A stretch of DNA of 64,000 nt, taken from assembly GCF_963921235.1 (NCBI RefSeq), contig NC_086097.1:234796001-234860000 (forward strand), given 5' to 3'. Numbering within the stretch: position 1 is the first letter of the stretch; each line of letters begins with the position of its first letter. The DNA is from Mobula hypostoma. Its lineage: Eukaryota. Positions 1-11,780 of the stretch are shown here, piece by piece. A program made the position numbers and the translations under genes. Under the pieces are notes generated by a model that saw nothing but the letters and a program-made list of their open reading frames with translations, was not told the DNA's origin and ran no database searches.

Positions 1-290
1 AAACAATCCAACACTTTACAAGATCCTGCAACAGTTGAACTCAATCTGATTACTTACAATCAAGTGGCAAACATCATTCACCAAAATCTTGCTTTAAAAT
101 ACAAACTCTAAAAGACACCATACCTTACAATAAATGCAAACCCAATCCACTTTTAGAATCAAAGTCCTACAAATTATATTATTACTGATCCATTATTACA
201 GATGGGACAATCCAATGTAACCTTCCGGATATAATATTACAGAATACATAAGCAGAAACAACTTACTTAATACTGTAGATATAGCCATTG
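1..290 (+). mobile_element. Degraded R4/Dong-clade non-LTR retrotransposon fragment (restriction-like endonuclease region)
   Basis: Manual translation across frameshifts and stops gives TIQH..SC..QSDYL..NQVANIIHQNLALKYKL..PY.K.KP.PLLES..YKLY..SIITD.TI..N.PDIIL..TYLI.DIAI. This resembles the CCHC/RHN..PD..D motifs of RLE-type LINEs. Confidence 0.72.
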
Positions 291-671
291 TATGCCTTTA
301 TTTTCTTGTAAATGCCTACAAGTAAGGGGAAGTTAATACATGAGAGAGGAAAGAATGGGAGATGATGCTAAATGGCTAAATGAAATACACTGAGAAAAGC
401 ATAACACCGCTAAAGAACAACTGCATCAAATGGACGTTCTGTAAATGTGTACATAATTCTACTGAGATAATTCAGTTTGACATTTAATAACTTGTGCAAC
501 CTCTTTTCTTAGTCATCTTCATTTCAAATCAGATGCATCCGGAACATCAACTTAATCAGTCATTCTTGAAACTCAATTTTTTGATACCAGTGATCAGTCT
601 CCTCAAGTCTTGATGACAAAATGTGAATGCAAATTTTAAAATCACAATTTCAACTTAATTATTTATTTTAT

Positions 672-870
672 TTAGAGATACAGCATGATAACAGGTCCAT
701 CCAATTGAATGGGTCCGTGCCACCCAATGTGACCAATTAACCTCCTAACCTGCATGTCCTTCGATTGTGGGACAAAACCAAAGCGTCCAGAGGAAATCAC
801 ATGGTCACGGGAATAATGTACAAACTCCATACATGCAGTGGCAGAAATGAACCCGGTAGCTAGCAGGGAC
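672..870 (-). mobile_element. V-domain (HE1-like) tRNA-derived SINE, degraded
   Basis: Reverse complement resembles the V-SINE core (GGAGTTTGYAY.TT.TCCC.GTG...GGTTT..TCCCACA). A B-box remnant lies near 845-856. Confidence 0.6.
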
Positions 871-1092
871 ACTTATTTACATTAATTCTGCATTCAGTCC
901 TTTCTATTTCCTTTTTTACATTAGATTAGATTTGTTATATCATTCGCATGTCATTGAAACATCAAAACATACAGTGAAATGTGTCATTTGTGTCAACAAC
1001 CAACACAGCCCGAAGATGTTGTCACGCTTCCGGCATCAACGTAGTATGTTCACAACTTTCCTAACTTTAACCCACACATCTTTTGGAATATA

Positions 1093-1688
1093 GACCATAA
1101 GACCATAAGATATAGGAGCAGAACTAGGCTGCTTGTCCCATCGAGTGTGCTCCACTATTTTATCACGGCAGATCCATTTTACTCTCAGCCCCAATTTGCT
1201 GCCTTCTCCCCATATCCCTTCATGACCTAACCAATCAAAAATCTATCAACCTCTGCCTTAAATATACATAAAGATTTGTCCTCCACAGCTGCCTGTAGCA
1301 AAGAATTGCACAGATTCACCACTCTGGCTAAAGAAATTCCTCCTCATCTCCATTCTGAAAGGAAGACTCTCTATTCTGAGGCTGTGTCCTCTGGTCTTAG
1401 ACTCTTCCACCATAGGAAACATCCTCTCCACATCCACTCTATCAAGGACTTTCACCATTTGATAGGTTTCAATGAGGTCACCCCTCATTCTTCTGAAATC
1501 TAGTGAATACAGGCCCAGAGCCATCACACACTCTTCGTATGACAAGCCCTTCAATCCTGGAATTACCTTCGTGAACCTCCACTGAACCCTCTCCAGTTTC
1601 AGCTCATCTTTTCTCAGATAAGAAGCCCAAAACTGTTCACAATACTCCAGGTGAGGCCTCACCAGTGCTTTATGAAGTCTCAATATTA
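1093..1688 (-). mobile_element. CR1 LINE 3' fragment (family B, (TCTTATGG)n tail)
   Basis: ORF 1258-1722 encodes LVRPHLEYC..W..YLRKD..LERVQ.RFT...RGDLIE...RGHSL. The tail reads gaccataagaccataag on the + strand. Confidence 0.9.
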
Positions 1689-2290
1689 CTACTGCAGTTG
1701 TACAAGGCCTTGGTGAGACCACACCTGGAGTATTGTGTGCAGTTTTGGTCCCCTAATCTGAGGAAAGACATCTTTGCCATAGAGGGAGTACAAAGAAGGT
1801 TCACCAGATTGATTCCTGGGATGGCAGGACTTTCATATGAAGAAAGACTGGATGAACTGGGCTTGTACTCGTTGGAATTTAGAAGATTGAGGGGGGATCT
1901 GATTGAAACGTATAAAATCCTAAAGGGATTGGACAGGCTAGATGCAGGAAGATTGTTCCCGACGTTGGGGAAGGCCAGAACGAGGGGCCACAGTTTGAGG
2001 ATAGAGGGGAAGCCTTTTAGGACCGAGATTAGGAAAAACTTCTTCACACAGAGAGTGGTGAATCTGTGGAATTCTCTGCCACAGGAAACAGTTGAGGCCA
2101 GTTCATTGGCTATATTTAAGAGGGAGTTAGATATGGCCTTTGTGGCTACGGGGGTCAGGGGGTATGGAGGGAAGGCTGGGGCAGGGTTCTGAGTTGGATG
2201 ATCAGCCATGATCATAATAAATGGCGGTGCAGGCTCAAAGGGCCGAATGGCCTACTCCTGCACCTATTTTCTATGTTTCTATGTTTCTAT
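1686..2290 (+). mobile_element. CR1 LINE 3' fragment (young family A, (TTCTATGT)n tail)
   Basis: Uninterrupted ORF2 C-terminus (1665-2192), 3' stem-loop GGTGCAGG..GGCCGAATGGCC..CCTGCACC and octamer tail. Near-identical to 7835-8432. Confidence 0.95.
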
Positions 2291-2304
2291 CCTTGCTTGA
2301 ATAG

Positions 2305-2640
2305 GTAAGGAAACCAGAGCACTAGGAGGAAACCCTTGTGGTCACAGGGAGAATGTACATACTGCTATTTTACTTCTTAAAAATTTACTGAGATATAGCG
2401 TGGAAGGGCCTCCCAGCCCTTCGAGCTGTGCCTTCCAGCAAACCACCTATTTACCCCTCGGCTAACCAGGGGACAATTTACAATGACCAATTACCCTGCG
2501 TCTTTGGATTGTGGGAGGAAACCAGAGCACACGGAGGAAACCCTTACAGTCCTGGGGAGAATGTAGAAAGTCCTTACAGACAACGTCGGGAAGGGAACTG
2601 TTCCTGGCACTGTAAAATGTTGTGCTAACCACTACGCTAC
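2305..2640 (-). mobile_element. V-domain SINE fragments
   Basis: ggaggaaaccagagcacacggaggaaaccc...ggggagaatgt is the reverse complement of the V core. Two partial copies are present. Confidence 0.6.
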
Positions 2641-2899
2641 TTTGCTGCAAACTGCTACTATGCTATCCTGCTGCCCAATATCATCAGCTTCCGCCAGATT
2701 CTACCACTTTTGGCCAATGAACTTACTAATCAACATGTCTTTGATATATAAGGGTATTCCAGAGGACCTAAAGAAAGCTATGTGGTCACAGGAAGGACAT
2801 TTATAGACAGGGCCCAAGTTCAGGACCGAACCCAGTTTTCTGGCACCATGGTGGAGGAGTTCTGCTAGCTGCGCGTTATGTTACTGGGCTGATTTTCAG

Positions 2900-3068
2900 A
2901 AGTTTGGAAGGTTTGCTCACACTCATCCTGTGGCACCCTACCCTCATCATTCCCAACATCTTTGCTCCTGCCAGATTTACAAACCCGCTCTCTGCTTCAC
3001 ATTGACAAATACAGTGCTCTGCAAAAGTCTTAGTTCCCTTGCTATATACGTGTCTAAGACATTTCCAA
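2900..3068. mobile_element. Partial copy of the composite mini-MITE element (cargo end plus one ~60-bp mini-MITE)
   Basis: Matches 37440-37612: ccagatttacaaac...ttgacaaaTACAGTGCTCTGCAAAAGTCTTAG...tgtctaagacattt. Confidence 0.65.
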
Positions 3069-3642
3069 ACTCTTTGACTTTATTCTGAAATAAAGAACAC
3101 CAGATATTTTCCCTTCTCTGTTACATTATATATAGAGTGATGCAGTTATGTAACTTGTTTGAATTCACCTCTGTGGACCGATCCATTGATTCCTAACAAA
3201 GACTTTAAAAGACCTATTAATGGGATGCCCAATAGACAAGAATGACATCAAATCAAACAACATACTCCAATGCCTTCCGAAATAAACTTGGCTATGCCCT
3301 AACCGGAGATATGAAGAATATTATCTAATAGATATTTTGTACAATTTATGGAAGCAGCTGCCCTTAACTCCGTGGAAATAATAAAAATCACAAAAGAATC
3401 CAATAAGAAAAAAAACACAGTGTGGCAGGAAATCTATATTCCTATTCACAGAATCCCATAACAGCATTGATTCAATCTGCAATCATTTCACAAACTTGAT
3501 TAACAGGCTTTTTATTTCCCAGGCCATTGCTTCTTCAGATTCTCTTTTCTATAATTCACAAAAACTAAGATTACTGCATTCTTGAGCGATGGTGTTAAGC
3601 TATATGGATTCATAATAGGTAAAAAGAAATAAGAAGCCAGTC

Positions 3643-3893
3643 TGTTTTGTTTTGTAACTCCAGAACAGAAAAAAAACTAATTGAAAGGAAAACAAGGAAG
3701 CCAGAAATGTGAGTCTAACTTTGTTATTTACTTTAAGCAAGGTACACACATATGTTGTGGCAGCATAATAACATATGCCATTCATGTACTTTTATATATA
3801 ACGGTAATGAATTATGTAAACAACAGAGAATGCTTAATCAAAGAATATATTTAAATATTATTCAAATATTACTGAAATATTAAATGCACAACA
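3643..3893 (-). repeat. 3' LTR of the Gypsy-like element
   Basis: TG...CA termini (tgttttgttttgtaactcc ... aaatgcacaaca). Homologous to 11781-12203 and, inverted, to 48551-48788. Confidence 0.85.
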
Positions 3894-3956
3894 CTCCCTT
3901 CTGCTTAGCTTTAAACTCCAACTCAATATAGAATGCATCACAACTTATATACATAT

Positions 3957-4339
3957 ACATAGAAACACAGAAACATAGAAAATAGGTGCAGGAGTAGGCC
4001 ACTCGGCCCTTCGAGCCTGCACCGCCATTCAGTATGATCATGGCTGATCATCCAACTCAGAACCCTGTACCAGCCTTCCCTCCATACCCGCTGATCCCTT
4101 TAGCCACAAGGGCCATATCTAATTCCCTCTTAAATATAGCCAATGAACTGGCCTCAACTTTTTCCTGTGGCAGAGAATTCCACAGATTCACCACTCTCTG
4201 TGTGAAGAAGTTTTTCCTAATCTTGGTCCTAAAAGGCTTCCCCTCTATCCTCAAACTGTGGCCCCTCGTTCTGGACTTCCCCAACATCGGGAACAATCTT
4301 CCTGCATCTAGCCTGTCCAATCCCTTTAGGATTTTATAC
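3957..4339 (-). mobile_element. CR1 family A 3' fragment
   Basis: ORF 4057-4320 (LDRLDAGRLFPMLGKSRTRGHSL...) and inverted tail acatagaaacacagaaacatagaaaatagg. Confidence 0.95.
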
Positions 4340-4374
4340 TATACATACATTTTGCTATATAATATAATTACAGT

Positions 4375-5301
4375 ATGAGTGTGAGGGCAGTTTGTTGTTC
4401 TCGGTGTCAGATGTGGGAGGCCCTGGAGTCTCTAAGCCTCCCGGACGTCTACATCTGCGCCAAGTGCATCGAGATGCAGCTCCTAAGGGACCGTGTTAGG
4501 GAACTGGAGCTGCAGCTCGATGACCTTCGTCTGGTCAGGGAGAGTGAGGAGTTGATAGAGAGGAGTTACAGGCAGGTGGTCACACCGGGGCCACGGGAAG
4601 CAGACAAGTGGGTCACAGTTAGGAGGGGGAAGGGGAAGAGTCAGGTAATAGAGAGTACCCCGGTGGCTGTGCCCCTTAACAATAGGTACTCCTGTTTGAG
4701 TACTGTTGAGGGGGACAGCTTACCCGGGGGAAGTGACAGTGGCCGTGCCTCCGGCACAGAGTCTGGCCCTGTAGCTCAGAAGGGTAGGGAAAGGAAGAGG
4801 AGGGCAGTTGTGATAGGGGACTCGATAGTAAGGGGGTCAGATAGGCGATTCTGTGGACGCAGTCCAGAGACCCGGATGGTAGTTTGCCTCCCTGGTGCCA
4901 GGGTCCGGGATATTTCTGATCGTGTTCAAGATATCCTGAAGTGGAAGGGTGAGGTCGTGGTACATATAGGTACCAATGACATAGGTAGGAAAAGGGAAGA
5001 GGTCCTGAAAGGAGAATATAGGGAACTGGGAAGGGAGTTGAGAAAAAGGACCGCAAAGGTAGTAATCTTGGGATTACTGCCTGTGCCACGTGACAGTGAG
5101 AGTAGGAATGTGATGAGGTGGAGGATAAATGCGTGGCTGAGGGATTGGAGCAGGGGGCAGGGATTCAAGTTTTTGGATCATTGGGACCTCTTTTGGCGCA
5201 GGCGTGACCTGTACAAAAAGGACGGGTTACACTTGAATCCTAGGGGGACCAATATCCTGGCAGGGAGATTAGCGAGGGCTACTGAGGTGACTTTAAACTA
5301 G
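4375..5301 (+). CDS. CR1 ORF1 protein: zinc finger, coiled coil and SGNH esterase-like domain (open, 308 aa)
   Basis: CSRC...CAKC, heptad LRDRVRELELQLDDL, and SGNH blocks VIGDS / PGA / HIGTND / DGLHLN. Confidence 0.9.
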   Translation: MSVRAVCCSRCQMWEALESLSLPDVYICAKCIEMQLLRDRVRELELQLDDLRLVRESEELIERSYRQVVTPGPREADKWVTVRRGKGKSQVIESTPVAVPLNNRYSCLSTVEGDSLPGGSDSGRASGTESGPVAQKGRERKRRAVVIGDSIVRGSDRRFCGRSPETRMVVCLPGARVRDISDRVQDILKWKGEVVVHIGTNDIGRKREEVLKGEYRELGRELRKRTAKVVILGLLPVPRDSESRNVMRWRINAWLRDWSRGQGFKFLDHWDLFWRRRDLYKKDGLHLNPRGTNILAGRLARATEVTLN

Positions 5302-5540
5302 AATGGTTGGGGGGTGGGAATCAAATTAAAGAGGCTAGGCGAGAAGAGATTAGTTCACAACAGGGGATTGGGAATCAGTGCAGAGAGACAGAGGGGTGTA
5401 AAGTGAGGGTAGAAGCATAAAGTAGTAAGGAGAAAAGCAAAAGTGGCAGGCCGACAAATCCAGGGCAAGCATCAAAAAGGGCCACTTTTCAACATAATTG
5501 TATAAGGGCTAAGAAAGTTGTAAAAGAGCGCCTGAAGGCT

Positions 5541-8338
5541 TTGTGTGTCAATGCAAGGAGCATTTGTAACAAGGTGGATGAATTGAAAGTGCAGATTGTT
5601 ATTAATCATTATGATCTAGTTGGGATCACAGAGACATGGCTCCAGGATGACCAAGGATGGGAGCTCAACGTTCAGGGATATTCAATATTCAGGAAGGATA
5701 GACATGAAAGAAAAGGAGGTGGGGTGGCGTTGCTGGTTAAAGATGAGATTAACGCAATAGAAAGGAAGGACATAAGCCGGGAAGATGTGGAATCGATATG
5801 GGTAGAGCTGCGTAACACTAAGGGGCAGAAAACGCTGGTGGGAGTTGTGTACAGGCCACCTAACGGTAGTAGTGAGGTCGGAGATGGTATTAAACAGGAA
5901 ATTAGAAATGTGTGCAATAAAGGAACAGCAGTTATAATGGGTGACTTCAATCTAAATGTAGATTGGGTGAACCAAATTGGTAAAGGTGCTGAGGAAGAGG
6001 ATTTCTTGGAATGTATGCAGGATGGTTTTTTGAACCAACATGTCGAGGAACCAACTAGAGAGCATGCTATTCTGGACTGGGTTTTGAGCAATGAGAAAGG
6101 GTTAATTAGCAATCTTGTCGTGAGAGGCCCCTTGGGTAAGAGTGACCATAATATGGTGGAATTCTTCATTAAGATGGAGAGTGACATAGTTAATTCAGAA
6201 ACAAAGGTTCTGAACTTAAAGAGGGGTAACTTTGAAGGTATGAGACGTGAATTAGCTAGGATAGACTGGCAAATGACACTTAAAGGATTGACGGTGGATA
6301 TGCAATGGCAAGCATTTAAGGATTGCATGGATGAACTACAACAATTGTTCATCCCAGTTTGGCAAAAGAATAAATCAAGGAAGGTAGTGCACCCGTGGCT
6401 ACAAGAGAAATTAGGGATAGTATCAATTCCAAAGAAGAAGCATACAAATTAGCCAGAGAAAGTGGCTCACCTGAGGACTGGGAGAAATTCAGAGTTCAGC
6501 AGAGGAGGACAAAGGGCTTAATTAGGAAGGGGAAAAAAGATTATGAGAGAAAACTGGCGGGGAACATAAAAACGGACTGTAAAAGCTTTTATAGATATGT
6601 AAAAAGGAAAAGACTGGTAAAGACAAATGTAGGTCCCCTGCAGACAGAAACAGGTGAATTGATTATGGGGAGCAAGGACATGGCAGACCAATTGAATAAT
6701 TACTTTGGTTCTGTCTTCACTAAGGAGGACATAAATAATCTTCCAGAAATAGTAGGGGACAGAGGGTCCAGTGAGATGGAGGAACTGAGCGAAATACATG
6801 TTAGTAGGGAAGTGGTGTTGGGTAAATTGAAGGGATTAAAGGCAGATAAATCCCCCGGGCCAGATGGTCTGCATCCCAGAGTGCTTCAGGAAGTAGTCCA
6901 AGAAATAGTGGATGCATTAGTGATAATTTTTCAAAACTCGTTAGATTCTGGACTAGTTCCTGAGGATTGGAGGGTGGCTAATGCAACCCCACTTTTTAAA
7001 AAAGGAGGGAGAGAGAAACCGGGGAATTATAGACCGGTTAGCCTAACGTCGGTGGTGGGGAAACTGCTGGAGTCAGTTATCAAAGCTGTGATAACAGCAC
7101 ATTTGGAAAGCAGTGAAATCATCGGACAAAGTCAGCATGGATTTCTGAAAGGAAAATCATGCCTGACGAATCTCATAGAATTTTTTGAGGATGTAACTAG
7201 TAGAGTGGATAGGGGAGAACCAGTGGATGTGGTATATTTGGATTTTCAAAAGGCTTTTGACAAGGTCCCACACAGGAGATTAGTGTGCAAACTTAAAGCA
7301 CACGGTATTGGGGGTAAGGTATTGGTGTGGATAGAGAATTGGTTAGCAGACAGGAATCAAAGAGTGGGAATAAACAGGACCTTTTCAGAATGGCAGGCAG
7401 TGATTAGTGGGGTACCGCAAGGCTCAGTGCTGGGACCCCAGTTGTTTACAATATATATTAATGACTTGGATGAGGGAATTAAATGCAGCATCTCCAAGTT
7501 TGCGGATGACACAAAGCTGGATGGCAGTGTTAGCTGTGAGGAGGATGCTAAGAGGATGCAGAGTGACTTGGTTAGGTTGGGTGAGTGGGCAAATTCATGG
7601 CAGATGCAATTTAATGTGGATAAATGTGAAGTTATCCACTTTGGTGGCAAAAATAGGAAAACAGATTATTATCTGAATGGTGGCTGATTAGGAAAAGGGG
7701 AGGTGCAACGAGACCTGGGTGTCATTATACACCAGTCATTGAAAGTGGGCATGCAGATACAGCAGGCGGTGAAAAAGGCAAATGGTATGCTGGCATTTAT
7801 AGCAAGAGGATTCGACTACAGGAGCAGGGAGGTACTACTGCAGTTGTACAAGGCCTTGGTGAGACCACACCTGGAGTATTGTGTGCAGTTTTGGTCCCCT
7901 AATCTGAGGAAAGACATCTTTGCCATAGAGGGAGTACAAAGAAGGTTCACCAGATTGATTCCTGGGATGGCAGGACTTTCATATGAAGAAAGATTGCATG
8001 AACTGGGCTTGTACTCGTTGGAATTTCGAAGATTGAGGGGAGATCTGATTGAAACGTATAAAATCCTAAAGGGATTGGACAGGCTAGATGCAGGAAGATT
8101 GTTCCCGACGTTGGGGAAGTCCAGAACGAAGGGTCACAGTTTGAGGATAAAGGGGAAGCCTTTTAGGACCGAGATGAGGAAAAACTTCTTCACACAGAGA
8201 GTGGTGAATCTGTGGAATTCTCTGCCACAGGAAACAGTTGAGGCCAGTTCATTGGCTATATTTAAGAGGGAGTTAGATATGGCCCTTGTGGCTACGGGTA
8301 TCAGGGGGTATGGAGGGAAGGCTGGTGCAGGGTTCTGA
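5541..8338 (+). pseudogene. CR1 ORF2 (APE endonuclease + reverse transcriptase), disabled by one frameshift and one nonsense change
   Basis: Motifs NARS, ITETWL, GDFN, SDH, PGPDG, YRPVSLTS, YLDFQKAFD, GVPQGSVLGP and KFADD. A 1-nt deletion lies at ~6400 (gctacaaga vs gctaacaaga in the 9288 copy). CGA>TGA at 7685-7687. Confidence 0.93.
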
Positions 8339-8989
8339 GTTGGATGATCAGCCATGATCATAATAAATGGCGGTGCAGGCTCGAAGGGCCGAATGGCCTA
8401 CTCCTGCACCTATTTTCTATGTTTCTATGTTTTATATACAGGATATATCCACAACATAATAAGTTTTAAATTTTCTCATTCAGGCCTAAAGATTTACTCG
8501 CTGAGGGATAACAACTTCCCTGACAAGGGTGGTCACTCTGCTTCACAGGTGGGATTTGTGGCTGTGAAAAAATTCTCAGGTGCCTCTTTCGTGGTAGTTG
8601 TGGTGGTCTAAGACTGCAGAAGGTGGCTCTGACAACACTACACACCTTTCTTCTCCTTTATGATCTGATCTCACTTCTAGTTTTCCACGCCCACAATATC
8701 ATCTGTTGTATCCTCTTTTTTTTCTCCATTGACTCTTTTCTATTTGGCCTTCCATTCATCCAGGTGGCCCTTGGTCTTTGTATCTACTTTTACAAGCACC
8801 TTTTGCCTCCCGCTTGAAGTTCATGCAGTAACCTTAGTGCACACAGAGTAGATTCTGGTTATTTATACTCACAAAAAGCGAATACTTGCAACTTACCTGA
8901 AGCTGTTTGAACTGTCTTAGGTTAAAGCAAGTAATTCCTGATTAACATATTGGAAAGTTTCTCTGATATGTTGCCTACAAAACTATTTG

Positions 8990-11560
8990 TAGTCCGACCA
9001 CTGCTTTCATCACTTTCACGAATTTTCTGAGCAGCATGTTCCTGAGTTGTGCTTCAGTTAGGAGTTATTTTTGAATGCTTTCTTGTAAGATTCCACAAAC
9101 TAAACCATCTTAGTGCATCATTAAGCCCATCTCTGAACTGACAATGCTCAGACAATCTCTTAAATTCAACTGGTAACACTGAGGTGGACTCCCTTTCCTT
9201 TTCTTTCTGCTTATGAAATCTAAAGCGTTCTGCAATCAATAATGGTTTCAGTTCTAAATGTTCCTGGATTTCATTTGAGCTGGCATTTCATAGAAACATA
9301 GAAACATAGAAAATAGGTGCAGGAGTAGGCCATTCGGCCCTTCGACCCTGCACCACCATTTATTATGATCATGGCTGATCATCCAACTCAGAACCCCGCC
9401 CCAGCCTTCCCTCCATACCCCCTGACCCCCGTAGCCACAAGGGCCATATCTAACTTCCTCTTAAACATAGCCAATGAACTGGCCTCAACTGTTTCCTGTG
9501 GCAGAGAATTCCACAGATTCACCACTCTCTGTGTGAAGAAGTTTTTCCTAATCTCGGTCCTAAAAGGCTTCCCCTCTATCCTCAAACTGTGACCCCTTGT
9601 TCTGGACTTCCCCAACATCGGGAACAATCTTCCTGCATCTAGCCTGTCCAATCCCTTTAGGATCTTATACGTTTCAATCAGATCCCCCCTCAATCTTCTA
9701 AATTCCAACGAGTACAAGCCCAGTTCATCCAGTCTTTCTTCATATGAAAGTCCTGCCATCCCAGGAATCAATCTGGTGAACCTTCTTTGTACTCCCTCTA
9801 TGGCAGAGATGTCTTTCCTCAGATTAGGGGACCAAAACTGCACACAATACTCCAGGTGTGGTCTCACCAAGGCCTTGTATAACTACAGTAGTACCTCCCT
9901 GCTCCTGTACTCGAATCCTCTCGCTATAAATGCCAGCATACCATTCGCCTTTTTCACCGCCTGCTGTACCTGCATGCCCACTTTCAATGACTGGTGTATA
10001 ATGACACCCAGGTCTCGTTGCACCTCCCCTTTTCCATATCGGCCACCATTCAGATAATAATCTGTTTTCCTGTTTTTGCCACCAAAGTGGATAACTTCAC
10101 ATTTATCCACATTAAATTGCATCTGCCATGAGTTTGCCCACTCACCCAACCTATCCAAGTCACCCTGCATCCTCTTAGCATCCTCCTCACTGCTAACACT
10201 GCCACCCAGCCTCGTGTCATCCGCAAACTTGGAGATGCTGCATTTAATTCCCTCATCCAAGTCATTAATATATATTGTAAACAACTGGGGTCCCAGCACT
10301 GAGCCTTGCGGTACCCCACTAGTCACCGCCTGCCATTCTGAAAAGGTCCCGTTTATTCCCACTCTTTGCTTCCTGTCTGCTAACCAATTCTCCACCCACA
10401 CCAATACCTTACCCCCAATACCGTGTGCTTTAAGTTTGCACACTAATCTCCTGTGTGGGACCTTGTCAAAAGCCTTTTGAAAATCCAAATATACCACATC
10501 CACTGGTTCTCCCCTATCCACTCTACTAGTTACATCCTCAAAAAATTCTATGAGATTCGCCACACATGATTTTCCTTTCACAAATCCATGCTGACTTTGT
10601 CCGATCAGTTCACCGCTTTCCAAATGTGCTGTTATCACATCCATGATAACTGACTCCAGCAGTTTCCCCACCACCGATGTTAGGCTAACCAGTCTATAAT
10701 TCCCCGGTTTCTCTCTCCCTCCTTTTTCAAAAAGTGGGGTTACATTAGCCACCCTCCAATCCTCAGGAACTAGTCCAGAATCTAACGAGTTTTGAAAAAT
10801 TATCACTAATGCATCCACTATTTCTTGGGCTACTTCCTTAAGCACTCTAGGATGCAGACCATCTGGCCCTGGGGATTTATCTGCCTTCAATCCCTTCAAT
10901 TTACCTAACACCACTTCCCTACTAACATGTATTTCGCTCAGTTCCTCCATCTCACTGGACCCTCTGTCCCTTACTATTTCTAGAAGATTATTTATGTCCT
11001 CCTTCGTGAAGACAGAACCAAAGTAATTATTGAATTGGTCTGCCATGTCCTTGCTCCCCATAATCAATTCACCTGTTTCTGTCTGCAGGGGACCTACATT
11101 TGTCTTTACCAGTCTTTTCCTTTTTACATATCTATAAAAGCTTTTACAGTCCGTTTTTATGTTCCCCGCCAGTTTTCTCTCATAATCTTTTTTCCTCTTC
11201 CTAATTAAGCCCTTTGTCCTCCTCTGCTGAACTCTGAATTTCTCCCAGTCCTCAGGTGAGCCACTTTCTCTGACTAATTTGTATGCTTCTTCTTTGGAAT
11301 TGATACTATCCCTAATTTCTCTTGTTAGCCACAGGTGCACTACCTTCCTTGATTTATTCTTTTGCCAAACTGGGATGAACAATACATGACAGTAAAATGT
11401 ATTCCTTTTAATCCAATGCTCTCAACAAAATCATACTTGGTTTTTATAGGCTATTTAATTTGTTTCATAATACTGCTCAATTTGCTCTATATACATGTTC
11501 CAGTTATCTTTTGTGCAATCACACATGTCTATCTTTCGGATGTACGCAGCCAAGTCTGCT
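8990..11560 (-). pseudogene. Gag remnant of the Gypsy-like element, split by the 9288-11383 CR1
   Basis: LAAYIRKIDMCDCTKDNWNMYIEQIEQYYETN (11455-11560) and QEHLE.KPLLIAERFRFHK...ES...KRLSEHCQF.DGLNDALR (9054-9285), typical of Mag-type gag. Confidence 0.8.
9288..11383 (-). mobile_element. CR1 family A, 5'-truncated (RT region and tail)
   Basis: ORFs 9883-11382 and 9388-9870 are separated only by a CAG>TAG stop. Inverted octamer tail at ~9289-9312. Confidence 0.97.
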
Positions 11561-11780
11561 CTTTTTTTATTTATGATTATTATCTCACAGTTATGAACCC
11601 ATGAACTCATCCATCTGCTGCTTTTTATTTTAAACTTGATCATATTCTTCTCTGAGGGGACATGTGCTGTGCTGCTTCTTTTATAAATCAAAAGTCTCGC
11701 TGCACGTTTCCTTTAACTCGAACATCTTGCTGCGCTTCAACAGATCATCTCGGTTTTGTTTAAAACCTACTCATCACAAC

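Larger units (their letters stand above)
4375..8432 (+). mobile_element. Near full-length young CR1 LINE (family A), lacking the 5' UTR
   Basis: ORF1, then ORF2 (APE + RT), then the 3' stem-loop and (TTCTATGT)n tail. Confidence 0.97.

Noticed and set aside
1670..10480. Recurrent antisense ORFs (MIMADHPTQNP..., MPPKWITSHL..., 226 aa at 5672-6352) as a hidden gene family
   Set aside because: They are opposite-strand shadows of CR1 ORF2 and recur only because the CR1 copies are near-identical. No independent motifs are present.
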